The position numbers and the translations under genes were made by a program. DNA of 64,000 nucleotides, taken from the NCBI RefSeq assembly GCF_006345805.1, contig NC_043002.1, forward strand, positions 48,980,001-49,044,000. The letters run 5' to 3'. Shown in pieces: positions 13,780 through 24,463 of the stretch (its first letter is position 1; each line of letters opens with the position of its first letter). Origin of the DNA: Octopus sinensis. Taxonomy: Eukaryota. A model generated the notes under the pieces. That model worked only from the letters and a program-made list of their open reading frames with translations. It made no database searches and was not told the origin of the DNA.

Positions 13780-14240
13780 TATTACTATTATCATCTTTCA
13801 ATTCTGTTTCCATTTCTTGCCGAGTGTCTTCCTGACACCAAGGACAGAGAAAGGCACTGTATACATTGGTAGGCCATTAAAATAAACACACTAGATTGTT
13901 CATTTACAAAATCATGTGATAGAGAAAAAGAGGGAGAAAGACAGAGCAAAAAAGGAAAATATAAAAAATAAAAATGTAAACAAAGAAAATAAAGGGGTGA
14001 AAAGGAAAGAAAATTCACTGCGACAATGTTCTTCTCAGTAAGTGTGACGTACCAGATAAGATAACCTTTTGCACTTCCTACATGAATGGTAAGTCAGGGA
14101 TCACTCTTAAATAACTTTCAGTTCTTTTTTTGATCATTCCAAGCACTCCTATAAGCACTGGTATTGTAATCATCTGAGATACCACATCTTTTCGATTTTT
14201 GATTTTTGATTTCCTGACTGAGTGAAAATGATCAAATTTT
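13780..14240 (-). mobile_element. R4/Dong-like (REL-endonuclease) non-LTR retrotransposon, 3' relic
   Basis: Minus strand reads ..MITIPVLIGVLGMIKKRTESYLRVIPDLPFM*EVQKVILSGTSHLLRRTLSQ*, matching the IPVxxGALGxIKK...EIQKxxLxGTAHILRxxL C-terminus of R4-clade elements. A putative 3' UTR ends in a degenerate TAA-like tail near 13780. Confidence 0.75.
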
Positions 14241-15129
14241 AAACCTTCATAACTTTTTAAAAACATTTTTCTGCAAAAAGTGAAATAACTCCAGCAACTC
14301 AGCTTGAAAAAGTATATTATTGTGCCAAATTTTAAAATTGTCAGTAAACTTTACTTTTAGAAATGCTATCAGCCAAACCAACTGGATTTACTTCCTTTAG
14401 TAGACTGGACAACTGTAAGAGGGCAACATGTCTACAATGCCACACTGCACCTTCATAAAATTTTATCACAGTATTCTAGTATGTGCAGAATGGTCCTCAG
14501 CAAGACAAAGCAATGGTACATTTCAAACTTTAGATCTATGGATTGCATCTAGTTGTTTGACCAACAAGTTTTGACTTAAGGCCCCCATCTCTAGTGAAGG
14601 AGGATCTTAGTTAAAGATGTTCTTTTTCCGAAGAGATTTTCCCAAAGCAAATGTAAATTCTCTTTTATCACAACCTCATTTCCCAAATCCACTACTTCCT
14701 CTCTAATTCAATATTCCTTTCTTGCTCTTTCTTTATGTCCATCACTTTCTGCATCAAAACCTCTCAGTCTGCCTGTGTGTCTCTCTCTCTTGTTCTATAT
14801 CTACCACTTTCTTTACTTCAGTATCTGTCTGCTCCTCCACCTCTCTATTTATTTCACTCTTAGCTTCATCTCTCTATCAGGTGAGTGATATGTTGAAGTG
14901 ATAACTCTTTTAAAAGTCTTCTCTCTTATTCAGTTTTATTTTCATATCAAATTCTCTCTGTTTGTCTGTCTGTCTATCTCTCTGGCTCTCTCTCTCTCTC
15001 TTCTTTGTACAATGAAAGGAATTGAAATCTTAAAGAAGCTGAGGAACTGTCTAGATAAATACATACATATTTACATACAGACATACATACGTATACACAT
15101 ACACTCACACATATGTGGTGCATGCATCA

Positions 15130-15130
<1 letters not shown>

Positions 15131-15205
<75 letters not shown>
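15131..15205. repeat. (TA)n-(GA)n compound microsatellite
   Basis: Direct reading of the sequence. Confidence 0.95.
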
Positions 15206-15209
<4 letters not shown>

Positions 15210-16199
15210 GGATAAGGAATATTGGGGAAAGAATGGACAAATAAGTTTCAGAATGCAAAAAAGAAATAACTAAATACATACAAATATTAAAACAAGCAAA
15301 ACAAAAACAAAAAAAAATACTGAATGAAGATATAATAAAGAAAAAGATTTCAATGCCAAAAGAAAGGACCCTAAAAGCACTATTAAGAAGCAAGCAGCAT
15401 AAGAAATATTCTCAAGTGTTCAGTTAGCCATTCAAGATGTTGCCAGTGATTGGCTGGAAAGTAAGATTTTTCTCTCCAAAGTCTAGTGGTTACCAAATTG
15501 TCTCTAATTCTCTCCAATGTCACCATCAGCTGCTATCTTTCCTCCCTTCTTCTGCCAAATTGACCTGCTGTTCAGTCAGATGGAACTAAACTTTAGCCTT
15601 CAATGAATGTCCAAAACAACCAGCTAACCTGCCAACCAGCCAGCCAGCCAGCCAGCTAGCCATCACGCAATGAAGCAATGTTACTGGTGAAGAGTTGAGA
15701 GTTTGCCTTCATGCATTTGGTCACTCAATCTCTAATTCATTCTCTCTCATTCACTTACTCACACATGCTATCACTTCTTCACTCATTCACTCACTCACTG
15801 CTGTCCTTCATCCAGAGTAGAAATAAGTTACTGATCAGAAAAAGTAAGATGGAATTAAAAAGAAAAAAAGGTGCTGGGGGTGGGGGACAAAAAAGCTATG
15901 CAAGCATCTAAGAGTTAATGAAAAGAACCAAGTCAGAATAATTTATCAAGGATAAGAAAAAGAATAAGAAAGGAAAAAAATAAACCTTCAAAATGTAAGA
16001 ATTTGATTTTCAAGCTCATTGGCTACTATGGCCAAATATTGTGAATCTTAAAGGAAAGAATCTTATAGAATTAGAAGCTGAAGAGGTAAAAGAAAATAAG
16101 AAAAGAATATGAAAAAAATGTGAAGAATTGGAAAGTTGTTTTTGTTTTCTTCTAAAATAGAGAGGAAAGAAAATTCTACAACTTTGATTTTAGAAGGAA

Positions 16200-16565
16200 T
16201 TGTTATAAATGAGAAAGTAAGGAAGAAAGGAAGGAAGGAAGGAAGAAAGAAAGAAACAAGCAAATGAACAAATAAAAAACAAAAGAAAAGAAAGAGGAGG
16301 GAGGGAGGGAGAGAAGAAAGAAATACAAGAAAGGAAAGAAAAAGGAAAAAGAAGGTTAAGAAGGAAACGAAGACAAAGATTACAAGAAGAAAAAAGAAGG
16401 AAAAGAAAAAAGAATATGAGAATGAAAAAGAAGGAAGAAGAGGAAGAGGGGAGGAGGAAAAATTTAAAAGAAAGATTAGAAGACAAAAGGAAAAAGGGAA
16501 GAAGAAGAAGAAGAAGAAGAAGAAGAAGAAGAAGAATGTAGAGATAGACATGACAAAAAAAAAAG
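16200..16565. repeat. Polypurine low-complexity tract with (GAA)n and (GGAA)n
   Basis: Plus strand is almost entirely A/G; ends in about ten GAA units. Confidence 0.9.
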
Positions 16566-17544
16566 ATAAATGAACTAAGGTTTCATGAAATGATATAATT
16601 TTTACATTGAAACAAGAATCTCAGATTTAGCCTAATATGAAGGTAGGGTGAGATATTACTATGTTCTCTTCTCCAAGAGAAATTGCATTGTAAATTAAAG
16701 GAAGGAAATAGAATTTAACTTGGGATTTAAACCAGGTCCTAAACTTGAATTTTTGGGAATAAATCTGTTACAATAGCCCTGGTAAGATTACTTCTCATAT
16801 TTAAAGAACTCTGGTTTCTCCTCACCCCGAGCGGATAAATCTTTCGGCTTTTACTAAAGAACATCTATTCAACAGGCTAGAAACAGAAACCAAATCTCCC
16901 TTAAATCAGACCATACTGCTTAAAAGAACAGAGAGGTAGAAATAGACTCATATGGTTCAAGATACAGTGTGTTAGAAAAAAAAAAAATTATCAGCTAGTA
17001 CATCTGAAATGCCGTTGAACATGGGTTTCTTAGATCAAAGACAGCTCAGGATTAAACATGAAGATCCTCCCATAATAAACATGGCTTCTTTGTTTACATG
17101 ATAAACTGACAGAATAATGAAAGCTTTGTACCAAATGCCTTATGATATTTTTTCCTGCTTCTTACATCCTGGGTTAAAATCTTACCAATGTCACTTGTCT
17201 TTTTTTTCTCAGGTTGATTAAGAAAGCATCAGTGAAGGGTGGAGGATTAGTAGAATTCTTAGAGTGTTTGATGAGATGCTTTGTGCTATTTGTGTTTCCA
17301 GTGCAAATCCCTCTATGGTTGCATGGATGGTAGACTTAATTTGAGCTCTGGTTTGACATAGCAACCTCATCATTGAGTACCTTTAGCGGAGTAAACTCTG
17401 TTGCTTACATACTGGTTTGAGGATACTTACTTCATTTCCTCTGACCAGTCTTGGAGGCCCTGTAAATGCCATAGATAATGCCTTGCCTACTGACTTAAAA
17501 ATATAAACACACACATATGACGATCTTTTAGTTTTAAATTTTGG

Positions 17545-17742
17545 CATAAGACCTGTAATTTGGGTGGGAAGAGTAAGTCAAGTGAATTGACATCAGTACT
17601 CCACTGGTATTTTTGTTATCAACCCCAAATGGATAAAGGGCAAAGTTGACCTTGGCACAATTTGAACTCAGAACAAAGACAAATGAAATACCGCTAAACA
17701 TTTTGTCCAGCTTGCTAATGTTTCTGTCAGCTTGCTGCCTTC
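17545..17742 (-). mobile_element. Family B SINE, decayed
   Basis: GGCAAAGTTGACCTTGGCACAATTTGAACTCAGAAC..GAAATACCGCTAAACATTTTGTCCAGCTTGCTAATGTTTCTGTCAGCTTGCTGCC. Similar decayed copies lie near 10290-10500, 13020-13210, 27690-27840, 29700-29920 and 38050-38255. Confidence 0.75.
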
Positions 17743-18763
17743 ACAAAAGTCAAAGTAGAAGCTATTTCATCATCCTGGTCAGATAGTTTGACTAAAACTG
17801 GTAAGCCAGAGAGCTGCGCCAAGTTCCAGTAGATTTGACATGGTTTCTACAGCTGGATGCCCTTCTTAATACCAACCATTTGAAGAGTGTAATGGGTGCA
17901 TTTTATGTACCACCGGCATTGGTGCGAGTTACATGCTACTGGCATCAGTATTTCATTTGGCTTGATGAGCCTTCTCAAGCTCAGCATATTGCCAAAGGTC
18001 TTGGTCGCTTGTCATTGCCTCTACGAGGCTCAACATTCGAAGGTTACTTTTTATGTAACACATTACTGATAATTAAGGTAGTGAGTTGGCAGAATCATTA
18101 GTGTCAGGCAAAATGCCTTGTGACATTTCTTCAGATACATCATGTTCTGTGTTCAAATTCCTCCAAAGTTGACTTTGCCATTCATTTTTCAAGCATGAAG
18201 AAGTATAAGTACTGGTTGAGAGAGAGAGAGGGAGAGAGAGAGAGAAAGAGAGAGAGGAGAGAGAGAGGTATAGGTAGGTTCATGAGGATGCAAAGGGTGA
18301 ATGAGAGATAGAGTGGAAGGGAATACAACAAATGATGAACTTAGGGGTAGGGATCAATGGGAGAGGTGTTAGGAAGATGAGTTGTGAGGTTGAGGTTTGT
18401 CAGGAACAGATTGTGTACAGGGGTATGGACATAACCAAGATGCCATTGTGGCCTCATTTGACAGAGCTGGATGGGTCTTCTCAAGCACAGTAAATTACCA
18501 ATTGTCATGGACCTTTGTCATCTCCTCTGTAAGATCCTTTCTTACCACTTCGCCCCACATTTTCCTGGATCTGCCTCTTTCCTGTCTCAATAATATATTC
18601 ATCTAATTCATGTTTACATGGAAAAACAAGTATAACATGAATGGATGAATGAATATATACACAAGACAGTCTTCTATATAGTTTCTATCTTTCAAATGTC
18701 ATTTAAAAAATGTATTGGTTAAGCCAAGACTAATAAAAGGACATGTTAGGCAATATATACATA

Positions 18764-19282
18764 CTGTAAATCCTCAAGTATAGTCCGCCCCTGAGTATAA
18801 TAAGCAGAGGATTTTTAGTGGGCTGTACTTCTGAAAAACCTAAACCTTGTGTATAATATGCACCCCTCCTCTAACTTGAGTCGTGCATAATCAAGCCAGC
18901 AGCATCTAGTCGAACAAACACTTCCACGCATGCATAATACATTAATGGTGATGTTCTTAACTGTTATATGGGAATGTAAATATGTTTGCAAATTGTTTTT
19001 GTTACATGTTATTCTGTGTTCTGAATACTTTTATTTTAATAAATGTTGCTTACTGCATGTTATGGATGATTTTTTTATGACTTCATTGCTTTCAGGCTTA
19101 GCTTAAGGTATTTTCGCACCCAACATCACAAAATGTGTCTGAATAAACATTGCCGGACAGCAAATAGAGACTCGGACATAGCTTAGAAAATATTTTTCAT
19201 TTTTAACCTCGTAGTACACACTAGGGATTTTGACCTTTAAATTTTGGGAAAAAAATTGCGGATTATACTCGAGGATTTATGG
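18764..19282. mobile_element. pogo/Tigger-like (Tc1-mariner superfamily) MITE
   Basis: TA|CTGTAAATCCTCAAGTATAGTCCGC ... GCGGATTATACTCGAGGATTTATGG|TA: about 25-bp TIRs, TA duplication, no ORF inside. Confidence 0.85.
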
Positions 19283-20331
19283 TATGTGTGTGTACGTGTT
19301 TCTCTGTATTTTTCTTTCAATGCTTGGCAACTGATGTTGGTTCATTTATATCCCTGTAACTTAACTGTTCAAGATAAAGAAATCAATTAAAAAAAGTACC
19401 AGATTGAAAATAAATACAGTAGTCAGTTTGATTGACTAAATTCTTCAAACCATTGCTTGACTGAAACAAATATGATTCTGCATATAAGTCAAAAACTGGA
19501 TGGTTCTTGTTGAATGATTTTGATTATAAGACTGCTTGATCAGGGCTGACCAAGGGCTAAAAAACAAGAATTACAACAGCTCTGGCTAGAGGAGACAAAG
19601 TCAGCCAAGTAGAGCTTGAACCTAGAGTATAGAAATATAGACTGCTGTATATTTAAGTCGTATAATATACCATTTCACATTATCTTTTAGAATGGATAAT
19701 AATGATGTCAGAAAAGAAACTTTCATTAATTTCTATTACCATAAATAATTTATGACTATTTTTCATTACTATATATGTTTGTGTATGTTTATTTAATAAT
19801 AATAATATTAATATCAATATCAATTCTTAACTGAATAGCTTTAGTAACACTACCACACACAATTAATTACTAATTTTGATTATTAATTGAATATGCTTAT
19901 TATAAACATTTGCATGTTGAGTGTTTCTCTGAAATTTAAAAAGCTTCAGAATATTCCTCAATCATATGTAGCATGTTATATAGTGGATATTACATCAATT
20001 TGCTTTGCTGTGAAAACTGGGCAAATCAAAAAATTTAGCTCTATTAGATGGCAAAGATCAATGATAGCTATTAACACTGATAAAACTGGTCCAAATAGCT
20101 ATTGCTTTCATAAATCGTTTAGTTGGAGATATCACATCACATATAGCCTTATCTTCTTCTAGGCAAAAATCAACTATATTTTTTTTTTCATCTCAAAGCC
20201 TATCTCTTACTTTCCCTCAAACCCATAGTTTATAATAGAAGTTTTCAATGTATTAGCATAAAACACTTTCAAAAGGACCTAGAATTTATAAACATGCACT
20301 TACACACACACACACACAGAATGAGGGAGAA

Positions 20332-20381
<50 letters not shown>

Positions 20382-20750
20382 GAAAGGCGAGAGAGAAAAG
20401 AAGAGAAAGAATGGTTGTATTAAACAAGAACACAAAGCAAAAACAAACACATAAAAGTAACAGAGCAATCACAGCAATTCATAATTAAAACAAAACAAAA
20501 AAAAATCATAAGCAAATATGAAAAAAAGAAAAACAAAAAAAACTGTTATTGAGGGAGATCTGACTTCCACATCTTTTCCTGCATGCTGAGAGAATATGGA
20601 AAGATTGTCATCAGCATCTTATCTTGTTATATGCAATGGCAGTTCACAGAAGCCAAGCTAGTCTATAAAATCATGTACAGTTTAGTATTAAACTTTATAG
20701 CCAACAAACCATTTCTAATGATTTGATGCCTTGATGAAAGAACTACTCAC

Positions 20751-20840
20751 TTGATATGCTGTCATTTATCTCCACGTTGTACATTGTCTCCGTACACTTT
20801 CATCTTGCGACGCGTTTCATGTTGATGTAGGTGTGTGATG
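20751..20840 (-). other. Candidate 90-nt exon
   Basis: Minus strand: ctttttctcatctaaataaag|CATCAC...AGCATATCAA|gtgagt. CpG-rich relative to its flanks. Every frame contains a stop, but the tail could encode an N-terminus MYNVEINDSIS. Confidence 0.3.
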
Positions 20841-21110
20841 CTTTATTTAGATGAGAAAAAGTTACACACACACATACAAACACACACACACACACTCATA
20901 CACACACACACACACACACACACACAAATACACATATGTTTTCATAAATATATATACATATACATAAAAACACCAACAAACTCATATTTGTAGAATATGA
21001 ATGTATTTGGCCTCTAAAACATTTACATGCATGCATATATGTGTGTGTGTGCATGCGTGCATGCATGCATGTAAGTGTCCATGTAGGTATACATACTTAT
21101 ATATATATGG

Positions 21111-21142
<32 letters not shown>

Positions 21143-21363
21143 ATATATTATGTTATATACACATGCATAGAATATATATGTTTGAAAAGTTGAACAATGA
21201 AAGTGCTTACACACAAAATACACATGATACACACTATACAAAAATTTCTCCCCTGATGGTTTGTGATACTCTGTTCTCTAAATAATTTTTTAAATAACTT
21301 TGATAATAAATCTTTGATTAAATATTGTGATTGTATCAACTATTTTTTAATCAAAACTAATTA

Positions 21364-21730
21364 TCTCTTATATAAAATCCGTTCTGTCTCTGAGTGTGTG
21401 TGGCTTCTAGGATCTCGGGCATCCTCCATCTGATTGCACTCAATTTCATATGTAGATACCGACGGTATCAGGGTGTGCACAATTCTTGAAAGAATTACAA
21501 AAATCGATTCCAGGTGAGAATGCGATCGATAAAGCCGTGAGAAATCGTTTTTCTTTGGAATAGAAAAAAACTATCTTTATTTCTTCTTTTGCTGGTGTCT
21601 CAAATTTAGGTTTAATCAGTGTTTCTCAAAGGGGAGGCCTATGGGATAGTCGGACAAGTTGTTTTGAGAAAATTTAGTTTAAATGTTTGACAACTCAGCA
21701 CCGTCCATTGGACGGGGGGCGTTTTGCTTG
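21364..21730 (+). mobile_element. Non-autonomous Helitron-like element
   Basis: Starts A|TC TCTTATATAAAATCCGTTCTGTC. Ends with the hairpin CCGTCCA-T-TGGACGG, then GGGGCGTTTTG and CTTG|T (a CTRR-like end). No TIR or TSD; sits at an A|T site. Confidence 0.65.
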
Positions 21731-21764
21731 TATATACATACATATATATATATATATACACATA

Positions 21765-21960
21765 CATATGGTCAAGTGATTAGGATGTTACATTTGTGAT
21801 CACAAGATTGTGGTTTCAGTTTCTAGACCTGGTGGTGAATTGTGTTCTTGAACATCATCTTATGTTGCTTTGCAATCACTTCAACACCTAACATGTGGTA
21901 CATCGTGCACCTGTTCAGGCAACGTCAATTTGATGGAGGGAATGAGCTAATGTACAGCAT
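21765..21960 (+). mobile_element. Decayed tRNA-type SINE (third family)
   Basis: GGTCAAGTGATTAGGATGTT..CACAAGATTGTGGTTTCAGTTTCTAGACC head with A/B-box-like spacing; related heads near 42480-42640 (+), 43545-43815 (-) and 48250-48360 (-). Confidence 0.5.
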
Positions 21961-22287
21961 ATACATATGTAATATGTGGTTTATCAGTGGCACCTGCAAG
22001 ATTTGCATAGAATTAGGGCTCGAGCGAACAAAACAATACAGGGTGGATGCATGAAAGTAAACAAATGTAATTTGAAATGATAGACAAAGACAATAAATAA
22101 CGCCTTACAGCCAAATATGATTATGATGGATTAAGGCCTGGAAGAAATCTTCAAATGGATATAAAAACAGAATTAGTAAGAGAGGAGAAAAAGTTGTCCA
22201 GTATGCTAAGCATCTAGTCGCAAAAAGGCAGAGAAAATAGAAAATCAGTCACATATAGAAAATCAGACATATACGTATATACATACA

Positions 22288-22530
22288 TGGCACGTAAAAA
22301 GCACCAATCCGATCGTGGCCGTTGCCAGCCTCACCTGGCACCTGTGTCGGTGGCACGTAAAAAGCACCCACTACACTCATGGAGTGGTTGGCGTTAGGAA
22401 GGGCATCCAGCTGTAGAAACACTGTCAGATCAAACTGGAGCCTGGTGCAGCCTTCTGGTTTCCCAGATCCCCAGTCGAACTGTCCAACCCATGCTAGCAT
22501 GGAGAACGGACGTTAAACGATGATGATGAT
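22288..22530 (+). mobile_element. RTE LINE 3' UTR fragment with (GAT)n tail
   Basis: GGCACGTAAAAAGCACC..GGAGTGGTTGGCGTTAGGAAGGGCATCCAGCTGTAGAAAC..CCATGCTAGCATGGAGAACGGACGTTAAACGATGATGATGAT; the same 3' UTR follows the RTE ORF end at 25671-26390. Confidence 0.85.
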
Positions 22531-22598
22531 ACATACATACATTTATATATATATATGTAATAAATCTCTGAACGAGGTATAAACAGTAGCTGCATGAC

Positions 22599-22734
22599 AT
22601 CATGAAGTATATTTGCCACTTAAATGTGGCTAATCCTTAAGGGTGGATGCTACTGTAGTGTCCTCCTGGGGCTACAAGCTACAGTAGCATCCACCCTTAA
22701 GGTTTAGCCACATTTAAGTGGCAAATATACTTCA

Positions 22735-22738
<4 letters not shown>
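22599..22738. repeat. Near-perfect inverted repeat (60-bp arms, 20-nt spacer)
   Basis: Arms 22599-22658 and 22679-22738 pair at 59 of 60 positions by manual alignment. Confidence 0.95.
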
Positions 22739-22768
<30 letters not shown>

Positions 22769-22844
22769 ATATTGCCCTCTGTATGATTCATGACAATTTA
22801 TTTGGAGTACGTAGTGTAGCTCTCAGTTTTGTATGATATGCTTT

Positions 22845-23120
22845 TATTCTTTTACTTGTTTCAGTTATCAGACTATGGCCATACTGGAGCATTGCCATGA
22901 CAGGTTAATTGATCAAATTGACCCCTGTACTTATTCTATTGGTTTCGTTTGCTGAACTGTTCAATTACAGATATGTAAAAGAAAAAAAACAGTATCAGTT
23001 GGTAAGTAGTGTGAAAAAAACATAGACATGCACAAACACTCACTCACATGCACATTCACTCATACACACACACACACACGCACTCACACTCTTACACACA
23101 CACACTCATATGAACACACA

Positions 23121-23215
<95 letters not shown>

Positions 23216-23400
23216 ACACACTCTCACACACACAATGAGCTACTTCACTGTTTCTGTCTAAAAAATTCACTTATCAGATACAGTTTAGATCAGGGCTATA
23301 GAGGATGATACTCGCCGAAGAAACCATCCGGTAGAATTGAACCTGAAATTTCATGGTCACAAAGCGAATCTCTTAACTACACAGACATAGTAAAAACAAT
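22845..23400 (-). mobile_element. Family A bipartite SINE with expanded internal (CA)n
   Basis: Tail TTTACTTGTTTCAGTTATCAGACTATGGCC.., about 200 bp of (CA)n-rich sequence, then the decayed head ..GAATTGAACCTGAAATTTCATGGTCACAAAGCGAATCTCTTAACTACAC. Confidence 0.7.
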
Positions 23401-23667
23401 GAATTAATTGCACTTCGTTTTGCAGCAGACAACATGCATGCCATAAGACTGCTTAATCAGCAACAACAGCAGCAACAACATCAACAACTATAAGAACAAT
23501 CATATGTAATATGTGGTTTATAGAAATTAATACTTGTATACATTGAAGTTAAAGATCATTCATTTAGTTTTAAATTATAGAGCTGTTCTTTGGTAAACTT
23601 GACAAAGCTTCATTGGAGTATCTTGATACTAGTAAAGAAATGTACAAAGAATAACTAAAATCCTTAC

Positions 23668-23700
23668 CTATGTAGAGAAGAATACCGTTCCCATTGTGAC
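23668..23700 (-). CDS. Candidate 33-nt frame-preserving microexon of an unidentified gene
   Basis: Minus strand: ttttttccttttatattgcag|GTCACAATGGGAACGGTATTCTTCTCTACATAG|gtaagg. Consensus acceptor and donor; two open frames (SQWERYSSLH or HNGNGILLYI). Confidence 0.45.
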   Translation of the reverse strand, partial: VTMGTVFFST

Positions 23701-24279
23701 CTGCAATATAAAAGGAAAAAATAGTAGAATTTATAATTTTGGAACCATAATAATATTATTTTATAAAATCAAAGTTAGCTAAATATCAGTGGAAAATAGA
23801 TACACAAAGAAAATTCTTTGATAATAATTTTTAAAAATTACATCTTCTGACCATTTCATACAAAATCAATTGAAAGAAGAAAAGAGTATATTTGTCCAGT
23901 GAAAACAAACAGAAGTAGAATACATCTATCCTTGTTTATCACTGATGCAGGATAACATGGTATGCTCCCTTGTAAACTATGTTACACTTATGATGGAATT
24001 GATGTGTGGTAACATTGGTTGGTATTCAGTCAGAGATTTTGCTTGGAGTGCAAAAATACACCTCAATAAACATTCACAATGTACTGTCTTAATATAAAAT
24101 GGGGCAAAATGGATAATGTAAATCTACATACACAATGACTGGAAAAAAAAATGAGAAGATCGTGTTTGGAATGCCTTGAGCCTTGATTAATAGGTCTGCT
24201 TGACCAGTGTTGATCTGGGATTAAACAACAATTAAATGAGAACATGGTCATAACTGAGAAAAAAATTTTCAGGCTCAGA

Positions 24280-24430
24280 TGTAGGTGTGTGGTAAGAGGT
24301 TTGCTTCTCAAGAACATGATTTCATGTTCTGTCCCACTGTGTGGTACCTTGGGCAATCGTCTTCTAATAACAGCTTCAGGCTGACAGCCTTGTGAGTAGA
24401 TTTGGTAGCTGGAGACTGAAAAAATTTCAT
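24280..24430 (+). mobile_element. Family A SINE head and core
   Basis: GTGTGTGGTAAGAGGTTTGCTTCTC..GTCCCACTGTGTGGTACCTTGGGCAATCGTCTTCT..GATTTGGTAGCTGGAGACTGAAA. Confidence 0.75.
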
Positions 24431-24463
24431 TGTGTATGTATATGTGTATATATATATATATAT

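Noticed and set aside
13790-13880. Apparent exon (EDTRQEMETELKDDNSNI*)
   Set aside because: Better explained as the 3' UTR terminus of the adjacent R4/Dong-like relic.
16063-16551. 162-aa F/L/S-rich ORF resembling a membrane protein
   Set aside because: It is the antisense reading of a polypurine low-complexity tract.
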